Virus record (IMG/VR): IMGVR_UViG_3300021168_000355
Location: 12,779-76,778 of that record
Direction: 5' to 3' (one strand)
Length of the DNA: 64,000 nt
Source: a virus
Both the position numbers and the translations under genes were made by a program. Shown piece after piece: positions 39,735-49,955 of the stretch (positions are counted from its first letter, which is position 1; the number at the start of each line of letters is the position of its first letter). A model generated the notes under the pieces. That model was not told the origin of the DNA and searched no databases. It saw only the letters and a list, made by a program, of their open reading frames with translations.

Positions 39735-39762
39735 AAAAAAGGGGCGCCTGAGAGGCGCCCCT
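39735..39762 (-). terminator. Rho-independent terminator
   Basis: GGGGCGCC-TCTCA-GGCGCCCC followed by a T run on the minus strand. Confidence 0.75.
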
Positions 39763-39773
39763 CGTTGCGTGAA

Positions 39774-40244
39774 TTACGCCTTCACCTCCTGCGCGACTGG
39801 CGCGACGGGCGCCAGCTTGTATCGCTTGAGGTCGCCCTTGTCGCAACGGACAAGCTTGCGCTGGGTGATCTTGGCGATATCATGCAGGTCGGTGTGGATC
39901 GAGGACAGCTGGCGCAATTTGCCCCCTCGCTCCTGCGTTGCGGCACTCGCCTCTTGCAAGCTTACGCCCTCCTCACGCTGAAGGAGGGGATAAAGCACGA
40001 AGCGATTGGTGCCCTCGCGGAAGGCGCCAGTTTTGGCGAATGAAGCTTGCGCCTTCTTCATTGTGTCCTCCCACTTCACCTTCTCAGGCGCAGCGGCAGG
40101 AGCAGGCGTCTCGGCGACAGGCGCCGGAGCAGGCGTCTCAACAATCGGCGCCGGAGCAGGCGTCTCGATTGCAGGCGTTTCGGCGACGTTCGAGGTCTTC
40201 GAGGACTTGCGAGCGGCGGCGCGTTGGGCTTTAGTCAAGGACAT
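39774..40244 (-). CDS. DUF3489-like winged-helix protein with ETPAPAP repeats
   Basis: FREGTNR..L..LL.REEG.SL.E; paralogous to 63078..63869. Confidence 0.6.
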   Translation of the reverse strand: MSLTKAQRAAARKSSKTSNVAETPAIETPAPAPIVETPAPAPVAETPAPAAAPEKVKWEDTMKKAQASFAKTGAFREGTNRFVLYPLLQREEGVSLQEASAATQERGGKLRQLSSIHTDLHDIAKITQRKLVRCDKGDLKRYKLAPVAPVAQEVKA

Positions 40245-41539
40245 TGTAGTATCTCACAGTTTGAGGTGGCGGCAGAGGCACTCAGGCTTGCCGGAGTCGA
40301 TCAATCGACCCAACGCAAACAATAGACCCGATCGGATTCCAGTGCAACAAAAAACCAAGCAGGAGTGGATATTAAATTTAGTTGGCCGTCATCTAAAAAA
40401 CAGTTGGCTCGCGTATAACACTAACCAGCGTGCGGTCCAATGGCGGAACCATCACTTTTGGTGATATGCGTTTAAATCGGCACAGAGGCTCGCTGACGGC
40501 GTTCCTTTTCGCCTCCAGCGTGCTATGGGGGCACCGCCGACTTTGCCGTGTACGAGGAAATTCCGAAAAACCAAAACCGAAAGGCCCTCTTTCGGTTCTA
40601 ATTTCCAGAACCCAACTGCCAGAGTTCTGGCGAAACCTGCGACGATTGGCACAGAGGCGGTCTACACTGGCGATAGGAAATTCCAGGTATTACTTAGTCC
40701 CTGGAAAAAAATTCCTGCCGTCAGCGGTGGGTCTGAGGCGGTTTTAATAGGCTAAAACAAGGTTTGCCAATACTTAGCCTTTACTTGGTTCAGGACAGCC
40801 TATACTTGACTATACTTGCGTTGGACAAAGTATTGTGTTAGTCTAGTAAATCGATAGAGGTTCTGAGGTAACGGATTCGGATTCTGGGAATGTGGGAATG
40901 AGGCATTGGGATAGGCAGAAGGTTCTGGAATCGGGAAACTGGCAACAGGGAGGCCCGCTTTCCAGAAGCTTTGGGATTTCCAGAAGGCGGGATCAGGACT
41001 TGGGATTTCCAACAGGAGGTCACAGTGTGTCCCCAGCGCCACAGTGACAGGGAAAGCACACCGTTGCTCCTATGTCACACCTTCGGAATTCCAGAAGTTG
41101 ACAGGTGTCAACATTCGGGATTCCAGTAGGAGGATAGGACAAGGCATTGGCACGCCTCTCGCCGCCAATTGAGGCGTGCTAATAGCCCATCGTATTAACG
41201 ATTGGGTATAGGCTCGGGGACGACCCACATTGTCCTCGAGCCTTTTTTATTTTAGTATACTAAACAGGCTAAGCGATGTGTAGCCACAATTCTGGTATTC
41301 CGAAAGAGGCAGAGCAACGCTCTGCCTCTACCTGTGCTGTGAACATGCTAATAGGTGCGGTATTCCGTGTCCCCCAGCGCCGAAGGCGCTGCCGAGCAGA
41401 GCGAGGCAATTCATTGTTCTCCCTTCATTATTCAGGTACCAGGGGTGGGTTTTTTCTGAGGGGTGGGGTGGTTTTTCCTGTAAAGTTTTCCGGCTTTTTG
41501 GTGCAGAGTTTTCCGCTTTCCTTCCCCCAGCGAGAGCAA

Positions 41540-41830
41540 AAGTGTATCGATGGTGTATCCAAGTACCGTATCTCTTGTAAGTTATTGATATCATTGAGCT
41601 TTTTAAATGAGGAAATACACTAATACACTAAATACACTGGAATCTAACAAAGTTCCGTGTAACCATGATTGTGGGAAAAAATCCCTGTTCCGCAATCTAC
41701 CACACACTTAACCTGTAACTACTCACAGTTGTAAGGTATGACATACACAACTTTAACGACCATTTATTTATTTATTTAGTCCCATATAGAAATTTGTAAA
41801 CCCCTTGTGTCTAGTGTATCGTGTGTATTC
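41540..41830. other. Putative replication origin (AATACACT iterons, AT-rich)
   Basis: AATACACT x3 at 41614-41638; inverted GTGTAT copies near 41542, 41553 and 41814-41829; upstream of the primase-helicase. Confidence 0.45.
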
Positions 41831-41869
41831 GCCTGTAAAAATAAATCATTTTTGTGGATATATACGGTA

Positions 41870-41898
41870 TTGACAAGGACAAGCTTCCATGCTACTAT
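41870..41898 (+). promoter_or_regulatory. sigma70-type promoter
   Basis: TTGACA-N17-TACTAT. Confidence 0.7.
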
Positions 41899-41927
41899 AC
41901 ATAATAAAGGAAAACAGGAAAATCCTG

Positions 41928-42161
41928 ATGAACGACGTATCCTTCCTCAAAGAAACCTTTATGACCAGAGCAGAAACAACTGCCTATATTCGCTCAAAAG
42001 GTCATCACATTAGTTCTTTTTCCTTATCATATCTTGCCACACAAAAGCAAGGTCCTCCTTATAAAATATTCGGCGTTAGTGCCATTTATTCAATTACCGA
42101 TGTTGATGCTTGGATAGCATCTTACTTCCGAAAATCCGAAAAACTATCCGCTACCGCTTAA
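41928..42161 (+). CDS. Excisionase/AlpA-like HTH protein
   Basis: MTRAETTAY.....L..LA....GPPY...G....Y...DVDAWI. Confidence 0.7.
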   Translation: MNDVSFLKETFMTRAETTAYIRSKGHHISSFSLSYLATQKQGPPYKIFGVSAIYSITDVDAWIASYFRKSEKLSATA

Positions 42162-42202
42162 AGCGCCATATCGCGTTATAACCATAGTCATGGATTATAT
42201 CA

Positions 42203-44869
42203 ATGTCCGCCTATAAGCAAGAAATGACGCGGCATAGAGGAAGACCAAGGAAACAACAACCACCAAGAGTAATACCTCATGCAATAATGAGATTATACCA
42301 TCCTGATGGCACTCCTCATGTTGAGGCATCACCGGGTGAAGAGGCACGTAGATTTGCTAATAGCCTACGCTTGAATTCTGGACCTGCCATTAAAGCGTTA
42401 GGCACACTCCTCAACCCTGAACCTCCATTCAAGTTTGAACGTATTGATGCCGTAACTGAATTAACCTACAAAGACGGCTCAATTCCGTTTCTTGAAGTTC
42501 GTATCCTAAAGCAAAATTCGACGGGATTTGTTTCAACCTCTAATCCTAATCTATTGTCATTCCCAGAATCTCCTAATAAAACAAATAAGGAATATAAACA
42601 CATATACTTCGGAGATAAAATATGGCCAACAGATCCAGAAACAGGCAACGAGCGGACTGATCGCAACACCTTTTGCAATACCACCAGTGCCCTCTTTCAA
42701 ACAGGACTATTTATTCCTTCTAATGCTCCGGCGGCGGTGGAATTATTAAAACGCTATCGAAGTGATCTGGATGAATACAATCGACGCCTCACAGCGTTTA
42801 AAGCCTCACAATCACCAGATTATCAGGGATCAGACACGCCCCCAACATTTCCAGAGCAACAACCTCCAACACCAGTCTTTATATGGACTGAGGGAGATAA
42901 ATCACGACGAGGTGTAGAATCATATATAAATCCAGATGATCCAGCAATCCTCAGCCTTCTTGAAGAATACAATGTGGACATTGTTACTCTAGGCGTATTA
43001 GCGGGAGCGCCGGGAGCCGCTAATACCAATTACACACTACGACCATACTCCAATGACTTCATTGTCAAAGGAGTAAATGATGAATTTCTGGAATTACCGC
43101 TCGCCTTACACATATACGCCCGCGATAACGATGATGACGGGAGAACAGAAGCAAATATAACCGCACAAGCCCTCGTCAAGCTGGGGGTGCCTGTGGAGCA
43201 GGTGCGAATAGCGAATCCACCTATTAGTGCGCCTTTGAAATGGGATGATGGGGATCAATTACCTCCTGGCATATCTGCATATGACCGCTTGAAACAAATC
43301 CTTGATGCACCAGCAACAATTGGTCAATATGTTTTTCGTGCGAAAGGCAAGGAACAGGAAGTAGATCCAACTAACCGCAACAATAAGCGATTGGCTATTC
43401 AACGTATATCCACAGCCATTTTTGATGAGACCTCAACTGGTGAACGCCACTTTGTAATCTCTAAAACAGGAGAAACATTATCAGCATCCGATTATATGTA
43501 TATGGCAGAATTGTGTCTTGAGGAGATGGGCCATCAACCCACAGATAACCTCCTTCGTGAAGGGGATTGGAAGCCTGTATTCGTTAGTCGATTTCCACAT
43601 CAAATTGAAACCCGCAATTTTATCTATGAAGAGGTAATGCAAACCATTGAGAGAGGGCAATTCGAGCTTGCCTCTGCACCAAATAAAGAGATATACAATC
43701 CAGAAACATATCTCCTTGATGGATTTGGATTGCCTGACACAATTCGCAATCGCCTTATATCCAGAGTTATCATCCGAGACTTTGTTGCGGTTACATTACG
43801 CGCACATTTGGACAAAGGTCCTGTAATACCTCAAATGTTGCCAATCCTACATGCTGATGAAGGAGTAGGCAAATCGGAGTTCTGTAAAGTTCTAGCTGGG
43901 GGAACACCTGGTCCTGAATCCTTTCATTCACGATACTCCAATAACATTGATATTGGTGATCTTAAATCCTTAGCTGATAGGGGTCAGGCAGCATTTGCTA
44001 ATAAAGCCAAATGTAAAACCATATTAGAATTCCAAGATAAAGCACTCGGCGATACCATAACAATAGCCCAGAATGGATTATTGAATGATATGGCAAACAT
44101 GTCTCAGGTACAGTTTCGTGAACCTTATAAAGTATATACCTCATTCCCTCGCCAATTCATAATCATCTTTACCACTAATCGTGAGGACTTGATTGGTCAT
44201 AATATGGGACGGCGGCGGTGGATCATTGTTGACCTAAACCAATCAATGAAGGGATTTGCTAAACGAGCGGCAGAATTACGAAAGAGGAAATTAGATCCAA
44301 ATTCAGAGCCTCTAACATTGGAAGAGGAACTCATTGCTCAGGGACATAATCCTGGAATCCTTAAGAACTTCCAAAAGAGAGCAGCAACATTAGCCTATAT
44401 GTATAATTCTGGAGAGTGGAGAGGAACATTGATAGTTCCCCCAGAGCTAACATCAGATATGGAAGAGGAAAGAGATAAATTCTCCCCAACACAAAATTGG
44501 GAATTGGTATTACAGGAAGAATTATTGAGAGAACCCCATGATGAAGAAGAGGGAACATTGGCGACAGAGACTAGAATGGTATTATCAACCTCATTATATG
44601 CCGCTGTCAAAGAGAGAACAGGTCGTGAGCCTCCTGATGCGAACTTTGGGAAATTAATGAAAAGCTTAGGATACAAGAACTACAAAATCCACAAGAAGAA
44701 TGCTCGAGGTTGGTCAAAGGCTAAAACTGTTGAGGATATCAAAGAGTTCTCCAGATTTAAGCCAGCAGCACATGGGTCAGCAGGTCATTGGTATTTCTGT
44801 ATTGATCCTCTTGATGTATCAGGAGCACGGCCACCCCGTCGTCATGTTGACCCAGATGTATTCCAATAG
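42203..44869 (+). CDS. Primase-helicase (TOPRIM-like plus VapE/VirE P-loop NTPase)
   Basis: WTEGDKS and DNDDDG TOPRIM motifs; EGVGKS Walker A; FREPY...FPRQF...FTTN...GRRRW VapE motifs. Confidence 0.8.
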   Translation: MSAYKQEMTRHRGRPRKQQPPRVIPHAIMRLYHPDGTPHVEASPGEEARRFANSLRLNSGPAIKALGTLLNPEPPFKFERIDAVTELTYKDGSIPFLEVRILKQNSTGFVSTSNPNLLSFPESPNKTNKEYKHIYFGDKIWPTDPETGNERTDRNTFCNTTSALFQTGLFIPSNAPAAVELLKRYRSDLDEYNRRLTAFKASQSPDYQGSDTPPTFPEQQPPTPVFIWTEGDKSRRGVESYINPDDPAILSLLEEYNVDIVTLGVLAGAPGAANTNYTLRPYSNDFIVKGVNDEFLELPLALHIYARDNDDDGRTEANITAQALVKLGVPVEQVRIANPPISAPLKWDDGDQLPPGISAYDRLKQILDAPATIGQYVFRAKGKEQEVDPTNRNNKRLAIQRISTAIFDETSTGERHFVISKTGETLSASDYMYMAELCLEEMGHQPTDNLLREGDWKPVFVSRFPHQIETRNFIYEEVMQTIERGQFELASAPNKEIYNPETYLLDGFGLPDTIRNRLISRVIIRDFVAVTLRAHLDKGPVIPQMLPILHADEGVGKSEFCKVLAGGTPGPESFHSRYSNNIDIGDLKSLADRGQAAFANKAKCKTILEFQDKALGDTITIAQNGLLNDMANMSQVQFREPYKVYTSFPRQFIIIFTTNREDLIGHNMGRRRWIIVDLNQSMKGFAKRAAELRKRKLDPNSEPLTLEEELIAQGHNPGILKNFQKRAATLAYMYNSGEWRGTLIVPPELTSDMEEERDKFSPTQNWELVLQEELLREPHDEEEGTLATETRMVLSTSLYAAVKERTGREPPDANFGKLMKSLGYKNYKIHKKNARGWSKAKTVEDIKEFSRFKPAAHGSAGHWYFCIDPLDVSGARPPRRHVDPDVFQ

Positions 44870-44879
44870 GGAGATAGAC

Positions 44880-45197
44880 ATGAGAGCACCTATACCTGTA
44901 GCCTATGTCACATCTGCTCCATCTAATTGGTATAAACTTACTTTTGATGGATCAGGATACAATAAAGAACCAATATTAGCTTTTGCCATTACTGCTGAGG
45001 GGTATGCAGCACCTATAGTACCTTTTCAAACTGGTATACTAGATGATGATTATACCTTATTATATCCTGACGGGAGAGTTGATGATAGTTTTCGGATATA
45101 TGATAATGTGGATGAATGGTTCGCAACAATGGTAATATCGCGTGAGGCAGAAATCCATTCTATCGCAACCAATATGGTAAAACATTCCAATGAATGA
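44880..45197 (+). CDS. Hypothetical protein
   Basis: GGGAG RBS before ATG 44880. Confidence 0.5.
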   Translation: MRAPIPVAYVTSAPSNWYKLTFDGSGYNKEPILAFAITAEGYAAPIVPFQTGILDDDYTLLYPDGRVDDSFRIYDNVDEWFATMVISREAEIHSIATNMVKHSNE

Positions 45198-45379
45198 TAA
45201 ATCCCGTCTGCCACACATACAACTTCAGCGTGCGTATTGGGAAATTCGGAAAAACAGGACAACACACAGGCATGTGCTGATGGGTTGTACTTCCAAATTC
45301 TCCTCTATCAAAAGAATAGGACCATGGCGTCCAGCTGAGATAAATGAATGGTTTGGCGATACAAAGAAACCGGTGTGAC

Positions 45380-45754
45380 ATGGCTGAGATCCTTCCATTA
45401 TCAAATGGCAATTTAGCTAAAGCCACTCTCGCAGCACAGGAATGGCTAACTGAGACCTTTGCTGTGTTTCGTCCACCACCATCTCCTGATTACCCTGATC
45501 CTATGCCTTTGCAACTTGGCATATACGAACTCATCCTCTCTGTTGCGCCAGAAAATATATCCCCTGCTGGGGTGAAGAACTTCCTTATCCAATATACGAC
45601 TAGGCCTGAATATTATCAAATGGTACTGGAATCGTCACGACGATTTGACCTCAACGCATTGCCTTTAATGCTTATCACAGATGAGGAACGAGAATATGCG
45701 AGACGATGCCTATATCCTAATGAATTTCAGGAAATACCAGACGATCAAGCTTGA
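45380..45754 (+). CDS. ProQ/FinO-family RNA chaperone
   Basis: F.VF...PLQLGI...FL..YT.RPEY.......RRFDLNA.P...IT.EE..YA matches the ProQ/FinO consensus. Confidence 0.8.
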   Translation: MAEILPLSNGNLAKATLAAQEWLTETFAVFRPPPSPDYPDPMPLQLGIYELILSVAPENISPAGVKNFLIQYTTRPEYYQMVLESSRRFDLNALPLMLITDEEREYARRCLYPNEFQEIPDDQA

Positions 45755-45779
45755 CAGGAATCTCAATCTATGCTAGAGT
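45751..45779 (+). promoter_or_regulatory. sigma70-type promoter (leaderless transcript)
   Basis: TTGACA-N17-TAGAGT; ATG 7 nt downstream. Confidence 0.65.
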
Positions 45780-45786
45780 ACCTCAC

Positions 45787-46521
45787 ATGAATAACAAAAT
45801 CCAGATCACCTCAGGGAAATACAATGCTGCAACTGGACTCTACGAGAAGAACCCTTTTGCCGAAGCACCACCAGAGGCTGATGCTTTTGTTCCTGATTAC
45901 CAATCGGAACGAGAACCTACAGTGGATCCAAGCGTGTTCGAGGAGGTGGCACCGCCAAGCGACCCGCCTCCTGAGACAGATAACAAAACCCCAATCGACC
46001 TCAAATATGTCCAAGACAAGGCTAAACGATTGGTTGCAATCGAAGACCGATTAGAGGAAATCGCTGCTGAGGAGAAAGTCCTCAAGGAAGAACAAAGGCA
46101 GATACGCATCTTCCAGCTTCCAGAAGCCATGTTTGAATTGGATATTAAGCCACCCGTCATTGGTGTTGGCAATCGATTAGTGGAGGTTGTGCCGCTTGTG
46201 ACTGCTTCACTTCCAGCTAAGGAAGATCCAGATAAGCGTCAGAAAGCCATCAATGCGGTCATCGATCTGGGACTGGGTGGCAATGTTCGGCGCGCCTTAG
46301 AGATAGACTTTCCCAACGATGCAATAGTGGAACACAAAATCTTGGATGCGATTAGTGCTATTGACAAAGACCTCAAGCCTCGCATCAGTGCCACTATTCA
46401 CCACGCGACCTATACCTCGATGATTAGCAAGTTAATAGCCGCGGGAAAGGCCATCGACCGCGACCTGCTGGGGGTATGGGTTGGCAACATCGCAAGAGTT
46501 AAAAAGGTTAAGAATGATTAA
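45787..46521 (+). CDS. Conserved phage replication-region protein (coiled coil, LPEAM...IHHATY)
   Basis: Motifs typical of the protein that precedes SSB-like genes in phages. Confidence 0.6.
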   Translation: MNNKIQITSGKYNAATGLYEKNPFAEAPPEADAFVPDYQSEREPTVDPSVFEEVAPPSDPPPETDNKTPIDLKYVQDKAKRLVAIEDRLEEIAAEEKVLKEEQRQIRIFQLPEAMFELDIKPPVIGVGNRLVEVVPLVTASLPAKEDPDKRQKAINAVIDLGLGGNVRRALEIDFPNDAIVEHKILDAISAIDKDLKPRISATIHHATYTSMISKLIAAGKAIDRDLLGVWVGNIARVKKVKND

Positions 46522-47030
46522 CTGGCGCGATCCAGCACAGAGACTGGGTACAATGGTCTTTCCTAGCAGGCTAATACTTAAGGAGTGGGCATGGGACACT
46601 CCCGGGAGCGCGCCATCTAACAAGAGGAGGAGAGATAATGGCAAATCTTGATTTGGGCAATGATAATGTGTTTGAGGAAGCTTTAACCGTTGACGAAATC
46701 CGAGACGAGGACCCGGAGAAAATGGATGCTCTCACGATCAAACTCCACGAATGGTTGGACAATGCTCAGGCTCCTGTGTTCACTGGTGATCACCGCGTTA
46801 CCTACTTGGTTATTGAGATCACCAAGTGAGGTCGCAGAGGGCTGGTTTATATATCGACGTGGACGTTGGCGCCTACAAAGAATCATGCGCGATCAGGTGC
46901 GATGGGACAAAGCGCATCATATTCCCGTTTATAAATGGTCAGTCACATTTACGAATGGGGCAGATGTCCGATCTGGAATGAGTAAATGGCTTTGGCTCGC
47001 AATATGGCGAGCACGTTGGGGAATAACCAG

Positions 47031-47597
47031 ATGAAGCGTGAGTGTGGTGAGTGCCAATTGTGCTGCAAACTATTACCTGTTGTCTCGCTCAATAAGGTAG
47101 CAAACCAGAAATGTGAATTCCAAAAGTTTCATAAAGGATGTACGGTATATCGTACCAAGAAAATGCCAATCGAATGTCATGTGTGGTCGTGTCGCTGGAT
47201 TACAAGCCAGTTACCCGACAACATGGCTCGACCTGATCGTGTCCATTTCGTTGTGGATACTATGCCCGACAACATCGTTATCCAAGACCATGAAGCCGAT
47301 ACATCACATGCAATGGAATGCATTGTTGTTTGGTGTGATCCAAAGCATCCCCTCGCCTATCGTAATCCAGACTTATACAATTGGGTTGCCGAACAAAACA
47401 AAGTCCTAATGGTACGAATGAACTCGCGGGATTCCATCATCGTGTTTCCCCCAGCACTCAATTCGACGCATGAATGGGCGGAGGTTACTACCGAAGCCTC
47501 AGAACGTGATGTGGTAACAAAGGCAGTTGAGGATGCAATCAGAGAGGGATACGAACAAAGAAACGGGCCCGTCCAATTCAACCTTGCAGCACGATGA
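47031..47597 (+). CDS. YkgJ-like cysteine-cluster protein
   Basis: CGECQLCCK...C......GC.VY...P..C..WSC.W. Confidence 0.7.
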   Translation: MKRECGECQLCCKLLPVVSLNKVANQKCEFQKFHKGCTVYRTKKMPIECHVWSCRWITSQLPDNMARPDRVHFVVDTMPDNIVIQDHEADTSHAMECIVVWCDPKHPLAYRNPDLYNWVAEQNKVLMVRMNSRDSIIVFPPALNSTHEWAEVTTEASERDVVTKAVEDAIREGYEQRNGPVQFNLAAR

Positions 47598-47818
47598 CCA
47601 CATATGGCTGACTGTTGGGGGACGAGCGTGGGCTATCTATGCCAAAGATGGTGACCTCATAACTCTATGGCGGGGATACTATCCTTGGCTTGAATGGTCT
47701 TTCTTAGATATATCCAATGTTAATTGGGAATCATATCACGAAAAGGCATTGGCACTTCTATATCCTCCTTTGGAGGCATTAAAGCAACCGTCGCCTCAGG
47801 TTACGCAAGGAGTTAACA

Positions 47819-48790
47819 ATGACTGATACCCAGACTTCGCCTGCTGCCGCGCCTACAAACTCTCCTGTCGTTGAAATGCCATCCACTGAAACAGCGGGAG
47901 CTATGTCCGTTGTCGATGACCTCGACTTGAGAGGAGATGCTGGTTCTGGTTTCGAGGATGTTCGGTCTACTGATTTGGTGCTTCCCTTTTGGAAGCTCCT
48001 TCAGAGTGCGGGAAACGAAACCAAAAAGAGCGAACCGGAATACATCAAGGGAGCCACGGAAGGGATGTGGCTTGACACTGTTACTAAGCGCCTGTACCGT
48101 GATATCATTGTTGTTCCTTGTAAGATGGTGACCCACTATATCGAATGGCGTAAGCGTAACGAAGGCGGCGGTCTGATCAAGAACCACGGCACCGATCGAG
48201 CTATTCTCGACCAAACCCATCGTGACGAAAAGACAGGTAAGGATACGTTGCCAAACGGCCATGAGGTCATCACAACCGCTACATGGTTTTGTCTTGTGAT
48301 TGGAGGAAAGGAGATCAACACCGCGGTAACCGATGATCCCGGCACCGAGATTGAATTGCTGACCAGAGCAGTAATCACATTCCAATCAACCGCTTTGAAA
48401 GCGTCTCGGGGATGGGTATCGTTGGCCCAAGCGTTGAAGTTACGGGATCCAAAAACCAATCAACAGTACCAACCGCCGATGTTCGCCATGACGTACATGC
48501 TGGGGGTCGTGGGTACCCGCAACGATGCTGGCAGCTGGGTTTTGCCAGTTGTCAAGCAAGCTGGATGGACGACTGACTATCCCAATGCCCAAGCATTGAT
48601 TAAGGAGGCTCGCGAATATACCAAACTTGCCAATGAACTGCACCTGATGGTCATCACGCCTCAAGGCAGCGGTGATGAGGATCGCCCCCAGCGGGATGCG
48701 AAGGCGGGTCGGTATGAGGATGATCGGCGTCGTCAGCCTCAGCCTGCAGGTGGTCGGAATCCAGGAGAGGATGACGATATTCCTTTCTGA
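47819..48790 (+). CDS. Single-stranded DNA-binding-like protein
   Basis: DL.LP..KLLQ...YIEW..R..GGG core; acidic C-terminus EDDDIPF. Confidence 0.7.
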   Translation: MTDTQTSPAAAPTNSPVVEMPSTETAGAMSVVDDLDLRGDAGSGFEDVRSTDLVLPFWKLLQSAGNETKKSEPEYIKGATEGMWLDTVTKRLYRDIIVVPCKMVTHYIEWRKRNEGGGLIKNHGTDRAILDQTHRDEKTGKDTLPNGHEVITTATWFCLVIGGKEINTAVTDDPGTEIELLTRAVITFQSTALKASRGWVSLAQALKLRDPKTNQQYQPPMFAMTYMLGVVGTRNDAGSWVLPVVKQAGWTTDYPNAQALIKEAREYTKLANELHLMVITPQGSGDEDRPQRDAKAGRYEDDRRRQPQPAGGRNPGEDDDIPF

Positions 48791-48799
48791 AATCCCAAC

Positions 48800-48828
48800 T
48801 TGACAGGCTAGGTTCCTTATGCTATGAT
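48800..48828 (+). promoter_or_regulatory. sigma70-type promoter
   Basis: TTGACA-N17-TATGAT. Confidence 0.75.
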
Positions 48829-48834
48829 GTAAAT

Positions 48835-48922
48835 ACTCCAGCCTCATCATTTCTTGCCCCCAAGCCCTGGTGGGGCTGGAGCTATCGCGAGACTGCCGGA
48901 GTTTATATAGCTCCGGCCTTTT
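48835..48922 (+). ncRNA. Candidate sRNA or structured leader with alternative folds
   Basis: 14-bp hairpin 48836-48881; terminator-like hairpin 48895-48917 followed by CTTTT; competing 12-bp helix 48874-85/48907-18. Confidence 0.45.
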
Positions 48923-48939
48923 GCCTGAGGAGGCCCAAC

Positions 48940-49155
48940 ATGTATGATGAAGCAGTGGCGAGTGCGGGTGGCGTTGCGGTTGATCCTATTGTTGAGAAGC
49001 CCAAATCAAGGGCGGAGAAGGTCCAGGCCTGGAAAGATGCGAACCACGCCACATATGAAGTGGCGCGTCAGGCCTGCTGCACCTGCACGCCGACTCGTGC
49101 CCAGATGCTGCTAGTCCAGCAGTATGAGGGGGACGTGTCTCCTCCAGTTGATTGA
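48940..49155 (+). CDS. Small hypothetical protein (ACCTC motif)
   Basis: GAGGAGG RBS; followed by a terminator. Confidence 0.6.
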   Translation: MYDEAVASAGGVAVDPIVEKPKSRAEKVQAWKDANHATYEVARQACCTCTPTRAQMLLVQQYEGDVSPPVD

Positions 49156-49160
49156 TTAAA

Positions 49161-49190
49161 GGTGGGCGAGAGCAATCTCGCCCATTTTTT
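49161..49190 (+). terminator. Rho-independent terminator
   Basis: TGGGCGAGA-GCAA-TCTCGCCCA followed by TTTTT. Confidence 0.8.
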
Positions 49191-49202
49191 ATGGAGTGTG
49201 AT

Positions 49203-49448
49203 ATGCCTAAAAATACTGGACCATTTGGACCAACCGGCGACTATCCACATGGTAAGCTCGATAAGACGGATGAGGGTGGGCTTGTGATGGGCGTTACTGC
49301 CCACCAAGATAATGTCCGAGTTGACTTTGGTAAACCGGTAGCATGGTTCGCTGTCCCACCAGAACAGGCTCTGGCTCTTGCATCCTTGATCGTTAAACAC
49401 GCGATGGCGATTAAGGCAAAGCAGAATAGGAATTTCGAGGACTCTTAA
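49203..49448 (+). CDS. Hypothetical phage protein
   Basis: GPTGDYPHGKL...DEGGL...VDFGKPV.W motif. Confidence 0.6.
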   Translation: MPKNTGPFGPTGDYPHGKLDKTDEGGLVMGVTAHQDNVRVDFGKPVAWFAVPPEQALALASLIVKHAMAIKAKQNRNFEDS

Positions 49449-49459
49449 GGAGAAGTAAA

Positions 49460-49888
49460 ATGGTAAATGATCGATGGGATAGGTTGCTTGCTTTGGCTGA
49501 ACGTCATTCAGCCATGATAGAAATGTTGGTTCAGGAGTTAAAGAAACCTGAGGAAATAGCCCCAAATTTCGGTATAGGTGTTGCTGAACATAATGAGTCC
49601 TTATCTTATCGGCTCTTAGATAGGATAGAAGCCAATACATTTATCCAAAATAAATGTATGCAAGCAGGATATGAAGATTTAGGTGAAAATTTCCTAGCAC
49701 GCATGGCTTCTCGAAAAATAGGTCCTCCATTTGAAAAGCATGGAGGAAAGACTTGGTATGATCCTTATAAAATAGAGGAATGGATAAGTAGTCCTGAAGG
49801 AAAGAGAGATATATTGGTGAGAGGGAGAAGGAAACTCTTAACACGAGTTAATTCCACAATGTCTAAGTCACTTAGGATTGTTGAATAA
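49460..49888 (+). CDS. HTH (excisionase-like) protein, paralogous domain to 41928..42161
   Basis: LARMAS..IGPPF.K.G....Y....IEEWI. Confidence 0.6.
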   Translation: MVNDRWDRLLALAERHSAMIEMLVQELKKPEEIAPNFGIGVAEHNESLSYRLLDRIEANTFIQNKCMQAGYEDLGENFLARMASRKIGPPFEKHGGKTWYDPYKIEEWISSPEGKRDILVRGRRKLLTRVNSTMSKSLRIVE

Positions 49889-49897
49889 CTTTTTAGG

Positions 49898-49939
49898 AAT
49901 GTATGTATTTCCGTAGTCAACTACGGAAATACATACATT
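49898..49939. repeat. Perfect 19-bp inverted repeat
   Basis: AATGTATGTATTTCCGTAG-TCAA-CTACGGAAATACATACATT. Confidence 0.9.
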
Positions 49940-49955
49940 GTGGTAAGGTGAAATA

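Noticed and set aside
40430-41623. ORFs of 66-115 aa listed in the non-coding tract
   Set aside because: No RBS, atypical composition and mutual overlap on both strands; treated as spurious
41928-42161. Evidence of lysogeny from the excisionase-like HTH
   Set aside because: No integrase, att site or repressor/cro switch is seen in the window, and such HTHs also accompany primases; lifestyle undetermined
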